Below are positions 62,655-64,000 of a DNA stretch of 64,000 nt, one piece after another. The notes below the pieces were generated by a model. The model saw nothing but the letters and a program-made list of their open reading frames with translations. It was not told where the DNA came from and made no database searches. Source of the DNA: Candidatus Magasanikiibacteriota bacterium (GTDB lineage Bacteria; Patescibacteriota; Patescibacteriia; Magasanikbacterales; UBA922). Numbering within the stretch: the stretch's first letter is position 1; each line of letters begins with the position of its first letter. The position numbers and the translations under genes are program-made. The stretch covers positions 1,340 to 65,339 of the forward strand of contig CAILTG010000025.1 in the NCBI GenBank assembly GCA_903837125.1, read 5' to 3'.

Positions 62655-64000
62655 AGGCGTATATTAATATTATTATTTTGTAGGTATTTTTTTAATTTTT
62701 TTATACTTAGTTCACCAGAGTGGAATAAACTGGCGGCTAAAATTGCATCAGCTTGTCCTTTCTCAATTGCTGTCAGAAAATCTTCTTTTTTTCCAGCCCC
62801 ACTAGAAGCAATTATTGGCAGATTTACTGCCGAACCAATTGCCTGGAGTAATTTTATATCATAGCCAGATTTGGTGCCGTCTCTATCCAGACTATTGACC
62901 AAGATTTCACCGGCGCCGAGTTTAGCCATTTTTTTTGTAAAAACAATAGCATTTAATCCAGTAGCCTTGGTGCCACTATTTGTATATACTTCCCAGCTGT
63001 TATTTTTTCTTTTGGCGTCTAATGAAATCACTATACATTGCGAGCCAAATTGTTTGGCGGCTTGGGAAATTATTTTTGGATTTTTTACAGCAGCAGTGTT
63101 TAGTGCTATTTTATCAGCGCCGGCTAGGAGTAATTCACGGATATCACCGAGAGTTTTAATACCCCCACCAATAGTAAAAGGAATGTTTATTTCTTTGGCG
63201 ACACGCTTGGCTAGTTCAATTTGAGTTTTTCTTTTTTGGACAGTAGCACTAATATCTAAAAAAACTAGTTCATCGGCTCCGTCTTTATTATATTTTTTAG
63301 CCAAGGCGACCGGATCGCCGGCGTCTTGGAGATTTTTGAATTTAATTCCTTTTACTACTCGGCCGTTATTGATATCCAAGCAGGGGATAACACGTTTGGT
63401 TAAGTTGTTGCTTAAAGTAATTTTATTTTCATAAAGGGCTTTGCCGACTACAGCACCAAGGCAGCCTATTTTTTTAAGATTTTTTAAATCTTTGTTATTG
63501 GCAACGCCACCTGCTGCAATAATATTGAATTTTTGTTTTAATATGGTTTTAATTAGGGTGAGGTTTGGTCCGTTTAAGGTACCATCTTTTTGTTTGTCAG
63601 TCACTAATAAAGTAGTTACGCCGGTTTGTTTTAATTTTTTTAATATAGTTTTTATAGAAATTGAATTTATTACTTGCCAGCCATTAGTGACGAGCTTACC
63701 TTTATCAGTATCAATAGCGACTATTATTCTTTCTGTACCGAATTTACTAATCAATTTTTTAATCATTGTTTGATTGTTTATAACTACTGTTCCAAGAATA
63801 ATTTTTTTAACACCTTGCTCAAGGTAGTTGGCAGCAATTTGATAATTTCTAATGCCGCCGCCTACTTGCACAGGTATATTAATATTTTTGGCAATTTTGA
63901 TGATAGTGTCCATATTTACAGGCTGGCCAGTTTTAGCACCATCTAAATCTATAATATGCAAACTAAGCGCTCCTTCTTGAACAAAGCGTTTGGCTGTTTT
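62651..64000 (-). CDS. hisA-hisF: Fused HisA (ProFAR isomerase) - HisF (IGP synthase cyclase subunit) in one reading frame; 5' partial (continues beyond window)
   Basis: Upstream part ...[15 protein letters not shown]...VQVGGGIRN... is collinear with HisA. From ...[21 protein letters not shown]... to ...[18 protein letters not shown] it matches HisF. No stop between them. The ORF stays open to the window edge (the track's M is a TTG artefact). ATGA overlap with hisIE. Confidence 0.7.
   Translation of the reverse strand, partial: KTAKRFVQEGALSLHIIDLDGAKTGQPVNMDTIIKIAKNINIPVQVGGGIRNYQIAANYLEQGVKKIILGTVVINNQTMIKKLISKFGTERIIVAIDTDKGKLVTNGWQVINSISIKTILKKLKQTGVTTLLVTDKQKDGTLNGPNLTLIKTILKQKFNIIAAGGVANNKDLKNLKKIGCLGAVVGKALYENKITLSNNLTKRVIPCLDINNGRVVKGIKFKNLQDAGDPVALAKKYNKDGADELVFLDISATVQKRKTQIELAKRVAKEINIPFTIGGGIKTLGDIRELLLAGADKIALNTAAVKNPKIISQAAKQFGSQCIVISLDAKRKNNSWEVYTNSGTKATGLNAIVFTKKMAKLGAGEILVNSLDRDGTKSGYDIKLLQAIGSAVNLPIIASSGAGKKEDFLTAIEKGQADAILAASLFHSGELSIKKLKKYLQNNNINIRL

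Overview
The window is AT-rich (roughly 30-35% GC), densely coded and uses standard stop codons, so TGA is not recoded. Shine-Dalgarno sequences are weak or absent and several genes start directly at conserved upstream motifs, suggesting leaderless or atypical initiation. The gene content fits a small-genome bacterium, possibly Patescibacteria/CPR-like, but this cannot be proven from sequence alone.

Layout, 5' to 3':
- **1-3050: a variable, island-like region.** It holds a partial TrmB-family regulator, a ~750-bp GC-rich (~60% GC) foreign insert encoding a small secreted outer-membrane beta-barrel-like protein with a C-terminal Phe, a wHTH-GHKL ATPase followed by a STAS-like (DUF4325-like) small protein, a decayed DinD/Bro-N remnant, and a 57-aa ORF.
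- **3052-5800:** rmuC, rpsT, and a holA (DNA polymerase III delta) interrupted by one in-frame TAA.
- **5892-17720: a five-gene cell-surface cluster.** It encodes an O-antigen-ligase-like membrane protein with TPR repeats, a small secreted protein, a membrane-anchored Ig-like protein, an 1177-aa protein with Cys-rich MopE-like, FN3 and CarboxypepD_reg domains, and a 1401-aa LVIVD-repeat beta-propeller protein.
- **17796-27328:** polA, tRNA-Cys, a lysozyme-like protein, class A PBP, lgt, a ZIP transporter, Zur and xth.
- **27634-57289: core metabolism and RNA modification.**
  - Central carbon and 2-oxoacid metabolism: glpX, class I fructose-bisphosphate aldolase, a Gpt-like phosphoribosyltransferase, a KGG stress protein, a second TrmB regulator, a HAD hydrolase, a sugar nucleotidyltransferase, the three-subunit 2-oxoacid:ferredoxin oxidoreductase, an EamA transporter and asparaginase.
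  - Cell-wall precursor and accessory genes: a 469-aa triple W-GW-repeat protein, glmS, a second HAD hydrolase, a YvcK/CofD-like protein, a GNAT acetyltransferase and a kinase-like protein.
  - RNA modification and DNA repair: two RlmI-like and one RlmD methyltransferase, two RluA-family pseudouridine synthases and an EndoQ-like PHP nuclease.
  - tRNAs and translation: tRNA-Ile(UAU) with tRNA-Arg(CCG), a lipoprotein, gmk, rplS, and tRNA-Ser(CGA) followed by a GC-rich structured leader.
  - Amino-acid and nucleoside metabolism: a class IV aminotransferase, a PfkB kinase, ahcY and a DsbA-like oxidoreductase.
- **57291-64000:** a Cys-rich membrane protein, uvrA, hisIE and a fused hisA-hisF running off the window.

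Unusual points:
- The GC-rich insert at 470-1220.
- The wHTH-GHKL + STAS-like pair, with its remnant mobile context.
- The in-frame stop in holA.
- Lineage-specific conserved upstream elements and dispersed palindromic or low-complexity repeats, including in-frame copies inside polA and the EndoQ-like gene.
- Perfect DnaA-box 9-mers at several promoters.
- The surface-protein cluster.
- tRNA-Ile(UAU).
- The hisA-hisF fusion.
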